From sequence record CP064816.1: a stretch of 32,000 nt of DNA; one strand, written 5' to 3'. Below are positions 10,588-31,522 of the stretch, piece by piece. Position 1 is the first letter of the stretch; every line of letters starts with the position of its first letter. The notes below the pieces were generated by a model. The model worked only from the letters and a program-made list of their open reading frames with translations. It was not told where the DNA came from and searched no databases. The translations under genes were made by a program, and so were the position numbers.

Positions 10588-10800
10588 ATTTAATAATAAT
10601 AATAATAATATTACCTTAATATATATATATATATATATTATAATATAAATTAATAAGAATAAAGTATTTATTAAAATAAAATAAAATAAAATAATAATAA
10701 ATAAAAGAGAGAGAGAGAATAAATATATATAAGAATAAATTGTATAATTAGTAAATTAAAGAGAAATGAATATATAAGAGAGAGAGAATAAAAGAGAGAA

Positions 10801-13062
10801 ATGGTAGCAACAAGAAAAACACAACCATATTTAAATTTAGTAAATGCTTATATGATAGATTCACCAGAACCTTCATCAATAAGTTATTGATATAATATAG
10901 GAAGTTTATTAGGATTATGTTTAATAATTCAAATATGTTCAGGTATATTTTTAGCTATGCATTATAGTTCAGATATATCATTAGCATTTGATTCAATAGA
11001 ACATATAATGAGAGATGTAAATGGAGGATGATTAATAAGATATATACATGCAAATGGAGCTTCATTTTTCTTTATATGTTTATATTTACATATAGGAAAA
11101 GCTTTATATTATGGTTCATATCGTAAACCAAGAATATTAGTATGAGTTATAGGTGTAATAATATTAATAGCTACAATTGGAACTGCATTTTTAGGATATT
11201 GTTTAGTTTATGGACAAATGTCACATTGAGGTAAAATAAGAATTGCCTTAAATATTGTTATTTTATTAATAATTAATTATATATTAAATAATAATAATAA
11301 TATAATAAATATAATATGTAAATCAAGATTTGATATTAATAATTATAATGGTCCATTAAATAAAGATATATTATCAATAATATATGGATCATTATTAGGA
11401 GATGCCCATGCAGATAAAAGAAAAGGTAGTAAAGGAACAAGAATATCTTTTTATCTAGAAAATACACATAAAGATTATTTATTATATTTACATAATTTAA
11501 TAGCTAATTTAGGTTATACTAATATAAATATACCTAAAATAATAACAAGATTAGGTAAAGGAGGAAAAATAAGACAAATATTAATATTTCATACTTGAAC
11601 TTATGAATTATTTAATAAAATATATGAAGAATGATATGATATAAATAATAAGAAAAGAATACCAAAATCATTAGATATATATTTAACTCCTTTAGCTTTA
11701 GCTATATGAATTATGAATGATGGATATAAAATGGGACAAGGTTTAAAATTAATCACTAATAGTTTTAATTATAAAGATTTATTATATTTAATTAATTTAT
11801 TATTTAATAAATATAATTTAAAAGCTAATATTCAAAATACAGGAATTGATAATCAATATTATATATATATATGAAAAGAATCAATGCCTAATTTAAGAAA
11901 TATAGTAAATTATTATATAATATCAAGTATGAAATATAAAATAACAATATAGTATTATATAAAATATAAAATATAAAATATAAAATATAAAATATAAAAT
12001 ATAAAATATAAAATATGTATATTTATGTAATTTATAATAAAAAATAAATATATAAAATATATAATGCGATATTATTGAAAACGGGTTAAAATTATAAGTT
12101 AAATAATAAGACCGTGGGTATATTATAATATCCCTACAGAATGGATCAATAATAGATATCTGAAATGATGTTTAATGTACATTCGGAATAATAAAGATAA
12201 TAATATCTTTAATAAGGCTTATTAATTTATTAATTTTATTAATAAACATAAAAAGATGATAGATATATCTATATAATAAGTACATAATATAATTTATATT
12301 AACATAATAATAGAATAAATTATAGTATTATTTGGCAACAGTAATAACTAATATAATATCAGCAATACCATTTATAGGTAAAGATATAGTACCATTTATA
12401 TGAGGAGGATTTTCAGTATCAAATCCAACAATACAAAGATTTTTTGCTTTACATTATTTATTACCATTTATATTAGCTGCATTAGTAGTATTACATTTTA
12501 TAGCATTACATATTCATGGTTCATCAAATCCAATAGGTATAACAGGAAATATAGATAGAATATCATTTCATCCATATTTTACATTTAAAGATTTAGTAAC
12601 AGTATTTTTATTATTAATAATATTCTGTTTATTTGTATTCTTTTCACCTAATACTATGGGACATCCTGATAATTATGTTCCAGCAAATCCATTAGTAACA
12701 CCTGCATCAATTGTACCTGAATGATATTTATTACCATTTTATGCAATATTACGTTCAATACCAAATAAATTAGGTGGAGTAATAGCAATGTTTGGTGCTT
12801 TATTAATATTATTAATATTACCAATAGTTGATAGAAGTTTATATAGAGGTTCAGCATTTAAACCAATCTCTAAATTCTTCTTCTGATTATTTGTATTTAA
12901 TTTCTTATTATTAGGAAATATAGGACATTTACATGTAGAAGTTCCTTTCATTAATTTAGGAGTATATAGCACTATAGCTTATTTTTCTTATTTCTTAATA
13001 GTTATACCAACTATTTCTATTTTAGAAAATATCCTATTTTATTTAGGTAGAATTAATAAATA
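10801..13062 (+). CDS. cob: Apocytochrome b, 2 exons (10801-11232 and 12337-13062)
   Basis: Exon 1 ends ...[13 protein letters not shown]. Exon 2 starts [28 protein letters not shown]... and ends TAA 13060-13062. Spliced length is 385 codons. Exon 1 ends in T and the intron ends in G. Confidence 0.92.
11233..11952 (+). CDS. Intron-encoded LAGLIDADG endonuclease/maturase, in frame with cob exon 1
   Basis: Open from the exon junction to TAG 11950-11952. Motifs [14 protein letters not shown] and LALAIWIMNDGYK. Confidence 0.85.
11961..12016. repeat. (AAAATAT)x8 microsatellite inside the cob intron
   Basis: Counted directly. It starts just after the intron ORF stop. Confidence 0.9.
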
Positions 13063-13171
13063 ATATTTTATATCTATTTATTAATAATAATTATTTTATT
13101 TATTTAATTTAAATATTATATAATAATAATATATAAATATATATTTATATATTATAAATAAAAATAAAAGA

Positions 13172-14788
13172 ATGTTATTATCATCAATATTAATATTAAC
13201 AGTATTAACAAGTATAATAAAAAATGACAATGAATATAAAAAATGAGTAAATAGAATAGGATTATTAATATTAATATATGTATTAGGTATAAATTTAAGT
13301 ATAAATAATATAGAAGATTTAATATTAGGATATAATTTATATAATAATATGTTATTAATAAATAATGTAAGTAATTATATGATAAATATAATATTATTAA
13401 TAAGTATAATATATATGTTATTATTATCATATAATATAAGTACAATAAAAGAAATAGATAGAATAATAATAATGAAACAATGATTAAGTTTATTAGTAAT
13501 ATTTAATATATTAGGATTAATATTATTAATGTTAGTTAATGATTTAATAATATTATTTGTTATAATTGAATTACAATCATATTCATTATATTTAATAACA
13601 GCTATATATAATGAATCAAATAATTCAATAAAAAGTGGATTATATTATTTTATAGTTGGTAGTTTAGGATCATTTATTATATTAGATGGAACAATATCAA
13701 TATATGAAGATATAGGTTTAACAAATATAGAATATATAATATTATATATAGATAATATAAGTTTATATGATATATTAATAATATTATTTGGATTATTTAT
13801 AAAAATAGGATTAGCTCCATTTTATAATTATTCAATAGTTATTTATACTTTATCACCCACTATAATTACTAATTATATATCATTAATGCCAAAATTAAGT
13901 ATATTAACATTAATATTAAATTTAGTAAATATAATAAATTTAATACATAATAATATAAATAGTAATATTATAAATATAATTAGTATAATTATATTTATTT
14001 CTATGATTATAGGATCTATGGGAGGTATAAATGTAATAAAAATAAAAACATTATTAGCTTATAGTAGTTTATTAAATGTAAGTTATATGTTATTAGCTAT
14101 TATATCAAATAATAATTATTCAATAATAGCATATTTATTTTATATATTACAATATTCAATAACACATATAAATATATTTAGTATAATATTATTAATACCA
14201 TTATATAGTAATTTATATTTATATAATACAGAATCAAAAATAATAATAAATAAAAATTATGATGTAATGATAAGTAAATATTCACCAATTGAATATATAA
14301 GTCAATTAAAAATGTTATTAAATAAAAATACATGTTTATGTATTTGTTTTTGTATATCATTATTTTCATTAATAGGAATACCACCATTAAGTGGATTTTA
14401 TGGTAAATTATTAATATTTATAGCAGCATTAAATAATGGATTTATATTTTTATCAATAATATTAGTAATAGCTAGTTCAATATCAGCTTATTATTATGGA
14501 AATATAATTAGAGAATTATGTTCAGATATATTAACTAATTTAAATATATTTAAATATAGAATAATAAATTATAGTAATATATTAATATTAAATAATTTAT
14601 CATCAAATATATTAAATAAATATAATTTATCATATTATGATAATAATAAAGAGGGAGATAATAGTATAATTTATATAAATAATAATATAAGTTATATAAT
14701 AAGTGTATTAACATTAATAATAATATTAATAATATTAGAATTTGATAATATAATAGGAGGGACATATTTAGTAATATTAGGATATTAA
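13172..14788 (+). CDS. nad2: NADH dehydrogenase subunit 2
   Basis: ATG 13172 is in frame with ORF-track piece 13529-14788 through TGA codons. 538 codons. Hydrophobic product with ...IELQSYSLYLI... and ...LFSLIGIPPLSGFYGKL.... Confidence 0.85.
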
Positions 14789-14796
14789 TAAAATAA

Positions 14797-15222
14797 ATGT
14801 TTCAAGATATATTTAATTGATTTTTAATTTTAGTTGGTTTATTAGGTTTAATATTAATAATAGTAAATTATTTATTAGTAGAAAGTCCAAAAATGGATGA
14901 AAATGTAGGAAATAGTTTAGATTATTTAGAAAAAAGTAATCCTTTTGAATGTGGATTTGATAGTTTTAGACAAAGTACTAATCCCGTACCTATACCTTTT
15001 ATATTAATTGCTTTATTATTCTTACCTTTTGATTTAGAAGTTTCTTCTATGTTACCTTATATTGTATCTAGTTATTCAACAGGTTTATATGGTTTAATCT
15101 TTTTTACTATTTTCTTATTAATTTTAGTTATCGGTTTCACTTTTGAATTTAATTCAAAAGCTATAGCTTTATTTAAATATTTACCAAAATCTATAAATAA
15201 ATCTATGACTGTTTATCTTTAA
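14797..15222 (+). CDS. nad3: NADH dehydrogenase subunit 3
   Basis: ATG 14797 lies 8 nt after the nad2 stop and is in frame with ORF-track piece 14893-15222 through TGA at 14818. Motif NPFECGFDSFRQS...FLPFDLEVS. Confidence 0.9.
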
Positions 15223-15542
15223 TTTAAATCTTATTATTTTATTCCTTTATTATTTTATTCCTTTATTAAATATAATATATATTTATTAATATCTTATATT
15301 TATTATCTTATATTTATTAATATCTTATATTTAATATATTATATTTATTAATAATAATAATAATAATTATTAATTATATAATAATAATAATAATAATAAT
15401 ATTAGAGATAATTAATAAAAGTGAGAGAATAGGATAAATAAGAATAAAAATATAATAAAAATATAATAAAATAAGATTATATATATATATATAATTAAAA
15501 TATGTTTAAATAAATGATATATATATAAAGAATAGAAAGAGA

Positions 15543-24885
<9,343 letters not shown>

Positions 24886-25142
24886 TTTTATTTTTAATTA
24901 AATAAATAAATATATTAGCTATTTATTAGCTTATTAAATTTATATCTTTATATTTAAATTAATAAGAATATAATATAATAAAATATAATATAATAAGAAT
25001 AAAATAAAATAAAATAAGATTAATTAAAATTAATTTATAAAAATAATAAATTAATAGAATAGATAAGATGGAAAATACATAAGAGAGAATATAAATATAT
25101 TATAATAGAATAATATAAATATAAATAAATAAATAAAAAGAA

Positions 25143-25910
25143 ATGTTAACATATATAAATTCACCATTAGATCAATTTGGAATAAATACAATAATGGGAA
25201 TAAATTCACCATTAATAGATTTAAGTTCAATAGATTTTACAACATATAGTTTATATACAATAATAGTATTATTAATAATAATAATAATATTTGGATTAGG
25301 ATTAGATCGTAAATTAATAATAGGATCTAATTGATTAATAGTAATAGAAGCTACAGTAGATACAATAGTAAATATGGTAAAAGGACAAATAGGAGGTAAA
25401 GTATATGGAAGATATGTACCATTAATATATACTTTATTTATATTTATATTAGTAGCTAATTTAATAGGAATGATACCATATAATTTTGCAATATCAGCAA
25501 GTTTAGTATTTATAATATCATTATCCTTTAGTTTATGATTAGGTTTAACTATATTAGGTTTTTATTTACATAAATGAGAATTCTTTAGTTTATTTGTACC
25601 TGTAGGTACTCCTTTAGCTTTAGTACCATTATTAGTATTAATAGAATTATTATCATATATAGCTAGAGCTATATCATTAGGTTTAAGATTAGCAGCTAAT
25701 ACTTTATCAGGTCATTTATTAATGAGTATTTTAGGGGGATTAGTTAAAACTTTAATGAGTATTAATGCTTTATCTTTTATATTAGGTTTATTACCTTTAG
25801 CTGGTATATTTGGTATAGTTATATTAGAATTTGCTATTGCTTGTATTCAAGCTTATGTATTTGCTATATTAACTTCTTCTTATTTAAAAGATAGTGTTTA
25901 TTTACATTAA
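25143..25910 (+). CDS. atp6: ATP synthase F0 subunit a
   Basis: ORF-track pieces 25143-25334 and 25722-25910 share one frame and are joined through TGA codons. Motifs NSPLDQF, VANLIGMIPY, LRLAANTLSGHLL and QAYVFAILTSSYLKD. 255 codons. Confidence 0.92.
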
Positions 25911-25974
25911 TTTTATATCTTATTATAAATTATATATTATAATTTATATTATTATTATTATAAATATAAATATA

Positions 25975-26005
<31 letters not shown>

Positions 26006-26097
26006 ATAAATATATATATATATATAAAGATATAAATATTATTATTAATAAATATATATATATAAAGAGATAAATATAAATAAAAGAAAGAGATTAT

Positions 26098-26128
<31 letters not shown>

Positions 26129-26129
26129 T

Positions 26130-29050
26130 GAAGAGTTAAAGTGTATATAAAAGGGATAAATATTAATTAATTTATATAAATACTACTAATAAAAGAGGTA
26201 AAAAGAATAATAATATAATATAGAGATATAGGAATATAATGAGACCTAAAGGAAACGAATATAAATAGACTAAATGAACTGAAACATCAAAGTAATTTAA
26301 GGAAAGGAAATTAACAAAGATATTATGAGTATTGGTGAGAGAAAATAAAGAGAGTTAAAGAAAGTAAGATTAGAGATAGTAAGAAAAATTAGAGGATAAA
26401 CTAATTCAAAAACTAAATATTATTAGTAAGTATAATAAGTACCGAGAGGGAATAATATAAATTAGTGAAATAGAGAGCAATGAGAGATAAATAAAAAAGA
26501 GATTAATCATGTACCTTTTGTATAATGGGTTAGCAAGTTATAATAAATAGCGAAATATAAAGAGAATATTAGAATGAAAATGAGAATAAAGAAGTTATTA
26601 ATTATAGACCCGAAAGTAGATGATCTTACCGTAAACAAGTGGTTAAATAATATATATATATATATATTAAAACGACTGAACAGGTTAATGTAGCAATATT
26701 ATCTGAGGATTTATGGTAAGTAGTGAAAGACAAATCTGATCTACAGATAGCTGGTATTTTGTGAAATATATTTTAGTATAGCATTAATGAAAAATATTTA
26801 AGAGGTAAAGCAATTAATAATAATTGGGATATTGGATTAATATTATCAATATTATTTAATCTCAGAATGAACTTAAATATAAGAATTAATAGTCAGACTA
26901 TTAGTGATAAGATTGATAGTCAAAAGGGAAACAGCCCAGATTATAAAATAAAGTTCCAAATAATAAATTAAGTGTAAATAATATTTATTAACTATAAAAC
27001 AATTAGGGGATTAGTTTGACAGTAATTATTCTATGATCAACGTGTAATAACGGGTTAATAATAAATTAATAAGAATTGACTTATAATTATTTAATTTTAA
27101 TTAAATAATTGATTAATTAATTAATCAATTTAAGGTTAATAGATAGATAATAATCGGAGCTATAAATTTATAACTGAATTTATAATTATTAATTTATATA
27201 TATAAATAATATAAATAATAAGGTAACAAAACATTTAATGAAATAAATAAATTTAATATTATTAAATTTTAGTAGAATAAGTAAAATATATAAAAATATA
27301 TATTAAGATTTAGAAAGAGAAAATAATAATGAATTAAATAGAGAATGCTGACATGAGTAACGGATAAGAGGTAAAATCCTCTTCACTTAATATTTTAGGT
27401 TTTAATAGAAAATCGGTCCATAAGGAATAATCTGAAAGGATAATTCTAAGAGGTAATTAATAAAATTAGCTAAGACTATAGAATAAAATAAAAATAATAA
27501 ATAGTCCAGGAAAAGAGTAATTAAGAATACCGTAATAAGACCGACCCAGGTAAGGAGAGAAGAATAAGTGAATAAGATAATTCTGGTTAATGAACTCGGC
27601 AAAAACGAAGTTCAGACGTTAGTCAAAAAGAGCGATAAAAATATATGTTGTACGACTGTTTACTAAAAACACAGCACTTTGCAAAAATAAAAATTGTAGA
27701 ATAAAGTGTGAATTCTGCCCAATGTTCAATAATAAGAAAATATATTATAAAAGGTATATAAAAAAAGTTTGGGTAAATGGCGGTTTTATACTGAGAATCA
27801 TAATGTAGCGAAATTCATTGGCTACTAAATCTAGTCCAGCATGAATGGAGTAACGATACAACAACTGTATCAACCAGAATCTTAGTGAAATTGGATTTGC
27901 AGTGAAGATACTGTATACCTAAAGGTAGACGAGAAGACCCTATGCAGCTTTACTATAATTTAATAAGTTGTTCTTATTTAATTAATTTTTAGTATATAAA
28001 GTAATATTTTGATATATAAATGAAATACTTTTATTTAATTAAATATTAACTAAATCATATATCTATATAAATGAATTTATCTTTATATAAATTATTATTT
28101 TAATTAATAATAATTATTAATGATGACAGCTTTAAATTGATAGTTTAAATGGGGCGTTGATTTCACAAAAAAATAACTGAATATGTCCATATATAATTAT
28201 AATATAAATTCTAATAAAATAATTAATGAAATATTCATTAATATTATTAAAAATAATTAATTTTATTAATTTAGATAAAATAATGTACAGTAAATTTGAC
28301 TTGAAATCAAATAATAATATAAAAATATTATAAGAAATTTAATTAGAATAAAGATTAAATTAAAATAATTAATATAATAGTGAATAACTGTGCAATAATT
28401 TAACACTTACAAGTGAAAATTATACGTAAGTAAGGTATAGTGAACAGATCATTTTAATAGTACAAGTGATCGATTAACGGATAAAAGTTACGCTAGGGAT
28501 AACAGTGTAATAACATGAGAGAGTAGATATTGTCAATGTTGTTTGCCACCTCGATGTCGACTCAACCTATCCTATTGGTAGTATCAGCTAATAAGGGTTT
28601 GACTGTTCGTCAATTAAAAGGTTACGTGAGTTGGGTTTAATACGTCGTGAGACAGTATGGTTTCTATCTTCTTTAGGATTTAGTTAATAAAGGTATATAA
28701 TTTAGTACGAAAGGATTAGTTATAGTTAATCTATGATTTTACTGTTGTATAATTTTATTATTTAATTAATTTTAAATTAAAATTTATATTATTAATTTAT
28801 ATAAATTATAATTATTCATTTTAAATATTAATTATTAATTAATATTTAAATATATTATTTATTAAATTATGCAGGCAGTTAAGTTAAATTAATAAAAATT
28901 AAATATTGAATGCATTTAAAATATAAAATTAACCTTTAGAAACTATATATAATATATATATACCATATATATATATTATTATTTATATTATGTTAGATTA
29001 ACATATTAATAGATTCATATCATTATTGGTTATGTATCATCTAATTAATA
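26130..29050 (+). rRNA. rnl: Large subunit ribosomal RNA, no intron seen; both ends uncertain by tens of nt
   Basis: GAACTGAAACATC at 26276. GAGTATTGGTGAGAGAAAATAA and GTACCTTTTGTATAATGGGT match yeast 21S rRNA as I recall it. GACGAGAAGACCCTATGCAGCTTTACT at 27928. The peptidyl-transferase region GCTAGGGATAACAG...CACCTCGATGTCGACTC...ACGTCGTGAGACAGT spans 28491-28660. AGTACGAAAGGA near 28704. Confidence 0.88.
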
Positions 29051-29104
29051 TAATATTTTTTATACACTCCTTTTTATTTTTTATTTTTATTATTTATTAT
29101 TTAT

Positions 29105-29177
29105 GTTATAATGGCATAATTGGTATTGCGTTTGTTTTGTAATCAAAAGACTTTAGGTTCAAATCCTAATTATAACA
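29105..29177 (+). tRNA. trnT: tRNA-Thr(UGU)
   Basis: Perfect acceptor GTTATAA/TTATAAC. Anticodon loop TTTGTAA, with a U-U pair closing the stem. T-arm TTAGG-TTCAAAT-CCTAA. Confidence 0.82.
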
Positions 29178-29499
29178 TTGGATTTTTATTATAATAATAA
29201 TAATTATCTATTAATAAAATACATTTATTTATAAAAATATTAATTTTATATAAAATTTAATATATTAATCAATTAAAAATATATATATATATATTTAAAT
29301 ATTAAATATATAATTATAAAGAGATTTATAAAAATATATTTATATATTAATATAATCTATAATTAATAAAAAATAGATTATAAAGAATAAAAATAATAAT
29401 ATATTATAAAATATATTATTATAAAAGAAATAGTAAAGATAGAAGAAGTTTATATAAAAGAAATAAGAAATATATAAATGAGAGAGAGAAGAAAGAGAG

Positions 29500-30309
29500 A
29501 TGTCAATAAAAACAAGAAGTAATTTTCAATTATTTCCATTTCATATAGTATCAGTATCACCTTGACCAATATTTATATCATTTGCATTATTATCATTAGG
29601 TTTAACTTTAGGATTATTAATGCATGGATATATAGGATCAATATATTGATTATATTTAGCAATAGGAGTTGTAATATCAACTATATTTTTATGAACTAGA
29701 GATATAATAATAGAAGGAACATATTTAGGTGATCATACAATAGCTGTAAGAAGAGGATTAAATATAGGATTTATATTATTCGTAATAACAGAAATATTAA
29801 TATTTGTATCTTTATTTTGAACATATTTTCATTCAGCAATGAGTCCAACAATAGAATTAGGATGTGCATGACCTCCAGTAGGAATAACATCAATTAAACC
29901 AACAGAATTACCTTTATTAAATACAATAATATTATTATCAAGTGGGGCTACAGTAACATGAGCTCATGATTCAATATTATCTAAAAATAGAGAAGGTACT
30001 TTATGAGGTTTATTTATAACTACTATATTAATTGTTATATTTGTATTATGTCAAGTTTGTGAATATACTTCAGCTACATTTACTATAGCTGATAGTGTTT
30101 ATGGTTCAGTATTTTATGCTACTACTGGTTTACATTTTATTCATATGGTTATGTTAGCTCTTATGTTAATTATTTGTTATGCTAGAATGTATTTTTATCA
30201 ATTTACTACTACTCATCATGTAAATTTAGAAACAACTATTTTATATTTACATGTTTTAGATATTATATGATTATTTATTTATATAGTATTCTATTGATGA
30301 GGTTGTTAA
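29500..30309 (+). CDS. cox3: Cytochrome c oxidase subunit 3
   Basis: ATG 29500 to TAA 30307-30309, 269 codons under table 4. Sequence [13 protein letters not shown]..., [38 protein letters not shown] and ...YWWGC. Confidence 0.92.
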
Positions 30310-30502
30310 TCTTATTAAATTAATTTAAATTAATTATTATATTTATAATTATAATTATAATAATAATAATAATAATATATAAATATAAGAATAAAAATAA
30401 AGAGAGAGTATAAAGAATATATAATAATAATAAAGAATATATAATAATAATAAAGAATATATAAAAATAATAAAGAATAGATAATAATAATAAAAGATAA
30501 AA

Positions 30503-30575
30503 GCGAATTTAAGTCAAATGGTTAGACAATCTGTCTTCCACACAGAAGGTATGGGTTCAAGTCCCATAATTCGTA
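30503..30575 (+). tRNA. trnG: tRNA-Gly(UCC)
   Basis: Acceptor GCGAATT/AATTCGT. Anticodon arm TCTGT-CTTCCAC-ACAGA. T-arm ATGGG-TTCAAGT-CCCAT. Confidence 0.88.
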
Positions 30576-30579
30576 AGAA

Positions 30580-30653
30580 AGCATAATGGTGTAATATGGT
30601 AAACATAATAGCCTCATGAGCTATAGATTCATGTTCAAATCGTGATTGTGCAC
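30580..30653 (+). tRNA. trnM: tRNA-Met(CAU), initiator-like with unpaired position 1:72
   Basis: Acceptor AGCATAA/TTGTGCA has an A1-A72 mismatch. D-arm GTGT/ACAT. Anticodon arm ATAGC-CTCATGA-GCTAT. T-arm TCATG-TTCAAAT-CGTGA. The overall layout parallels yeast mt tRNA-fMet. Confidence 0.8.
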
Positions 30654-30665
30654 AATAAATAAAAA

Positions 30666-30737
30666 TGAATTATCGCTTAATGGTTAAAGCATTTCACTCA
30701 TAATGAAACGATCTAAGTTCGATTCTTAGTAATTCAA
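30666..30737 (+). tRNA. tRNA(CAU): Met elongator, or Ile(CAU) after lysidine modification
   Basis: Perfect acceptor TGAATTA/TAATTCA. D-arm GCTT/AAGC. Anticodon arm TTTCA-CTCATAA-TGAAA. T-arm CTAAG-TTCGATT-CTTAG. Confidence 0.82.
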
Positions 30738-30779
30738 AATGAATTTAAAAAATAGAGAAAATAAAAAAGAGAAAATAAA

Positions 30780-31522
30780 ATGAGAGAAATAATAATAAAT
30801 AATATATTAAATGATGTACCAACACCATGAGCAATATATTTTCAAGATTCAGCAACACCAAATATGGAAGGAATAATAGAATTACATAATAATGTATTAT
30901 TTTATTTATGTGTAATATTAGGATTTGTAACATATATATTATATAATGTAATAACAGTATATAATAAATCAGCAATGGCTTATAAATATATGAATCATGG
31001 ACAATTTATAGAAATAATATGAACAACATTTCCAGCAATAATATTATTAATAATAGCATTTCCTAGTTTTATATTATTATATATATGTGATGAAGTTATA
31101 GCTCCAGCTATGACTATTAAAGCAATAGGATTACAATGATATTGAAAATATGAATATTCCGATTTTATAGATGAAAAAGGAGAAACAATAGAATTTGAAT
31201 CATATATAATTCCTGAAGATTTATTAGAAGATGGTCAATTACGTATGTTAGATGTTGATGCTTCAGTTGTATGTCCTGTAGATACTCATATAAGATTTAT
31301 AGTTACATCCGCTGATGTTATTCATGATTTTGTATACCTTCATTAGGTATTAAAATTGATGCTGCTCCAGGTCGTTTAAATCAAACATCAGCTTTAATAC
31401 AAAGAGAAGGAGTTTATTATGGACAATGTTCAGAATTATGTGGTGTTATGCATTCATCTATGCCTATTAAAATTGAAGCTGTTCCTCTAGCTGATTTTTT
31501 AGCTTGAATTGATGAACAATAA
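30780..31522 (+). CDS. cox2: Cytochrome c oxidase subunit 2; the frame is broken by an apparent 1-nt deficit near 31332-31333
   Basis: From ATG 30780 the frame reads ...[28 protein letters not shown]...[17 protein letters not shown], then meets TAG at 31344-31346. From 31334 the -1 frame reads [62 protein letters not shown] to TAA 31520-31522. Total length is 743 nt, which is not a multiple of 3. Confidence 0.88.

Larger units (their letters stand above)
11233..12336 (+). mobile_element. Group I intron in cob (1104 nt)
   Basis: It interrupts the conserved GQMSHWG|ATVITN sequence and carries a LAGLIDADG ORF. Its 3' part holds relatively GC-richer core segments (GCGATATT, ACGGGTTAAAA, TAAGACCGTGGG, CTACAGAATGG, TTAATGTACATTCGGAAT). 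Confidence 0.85.

Noticed and set aside
13152-13445. Minus-strand ORFs from the track (this one plus 1175-1384, 6991-7296, 7372-7644, 12654-12972, 14178-14765, 17907-18143, 19812-20066, 22073-22787, 24563-24745, 27402-27602 and 30745-30975).
   Set aside because: All lie antisense to well-supported genes, introns or rRNA. Their products are low-complexity L/I/Y/N strings, which is what an AT-rich antisense strand yields by chance, and none has a recognisable motif.
27106-27129. A perfect 24-bp palindrome AATTGATTAATTAATTAATCAATT, and other AT palindromes within rnl (about 28780-28860).
   Set aside because: They lie in AT-rich expansion segments of the rRNA, where such hairpins are common. Nothing suggests a separate element.
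29478-29522. A 14-codon upstream ORF (ATG AGA GAG AGA...) overlapping the cox3 start in another frame.
   Set aside because: It consists mostly of the GA tract itself, is out of frame with cox3, and has no support as a coding unit.
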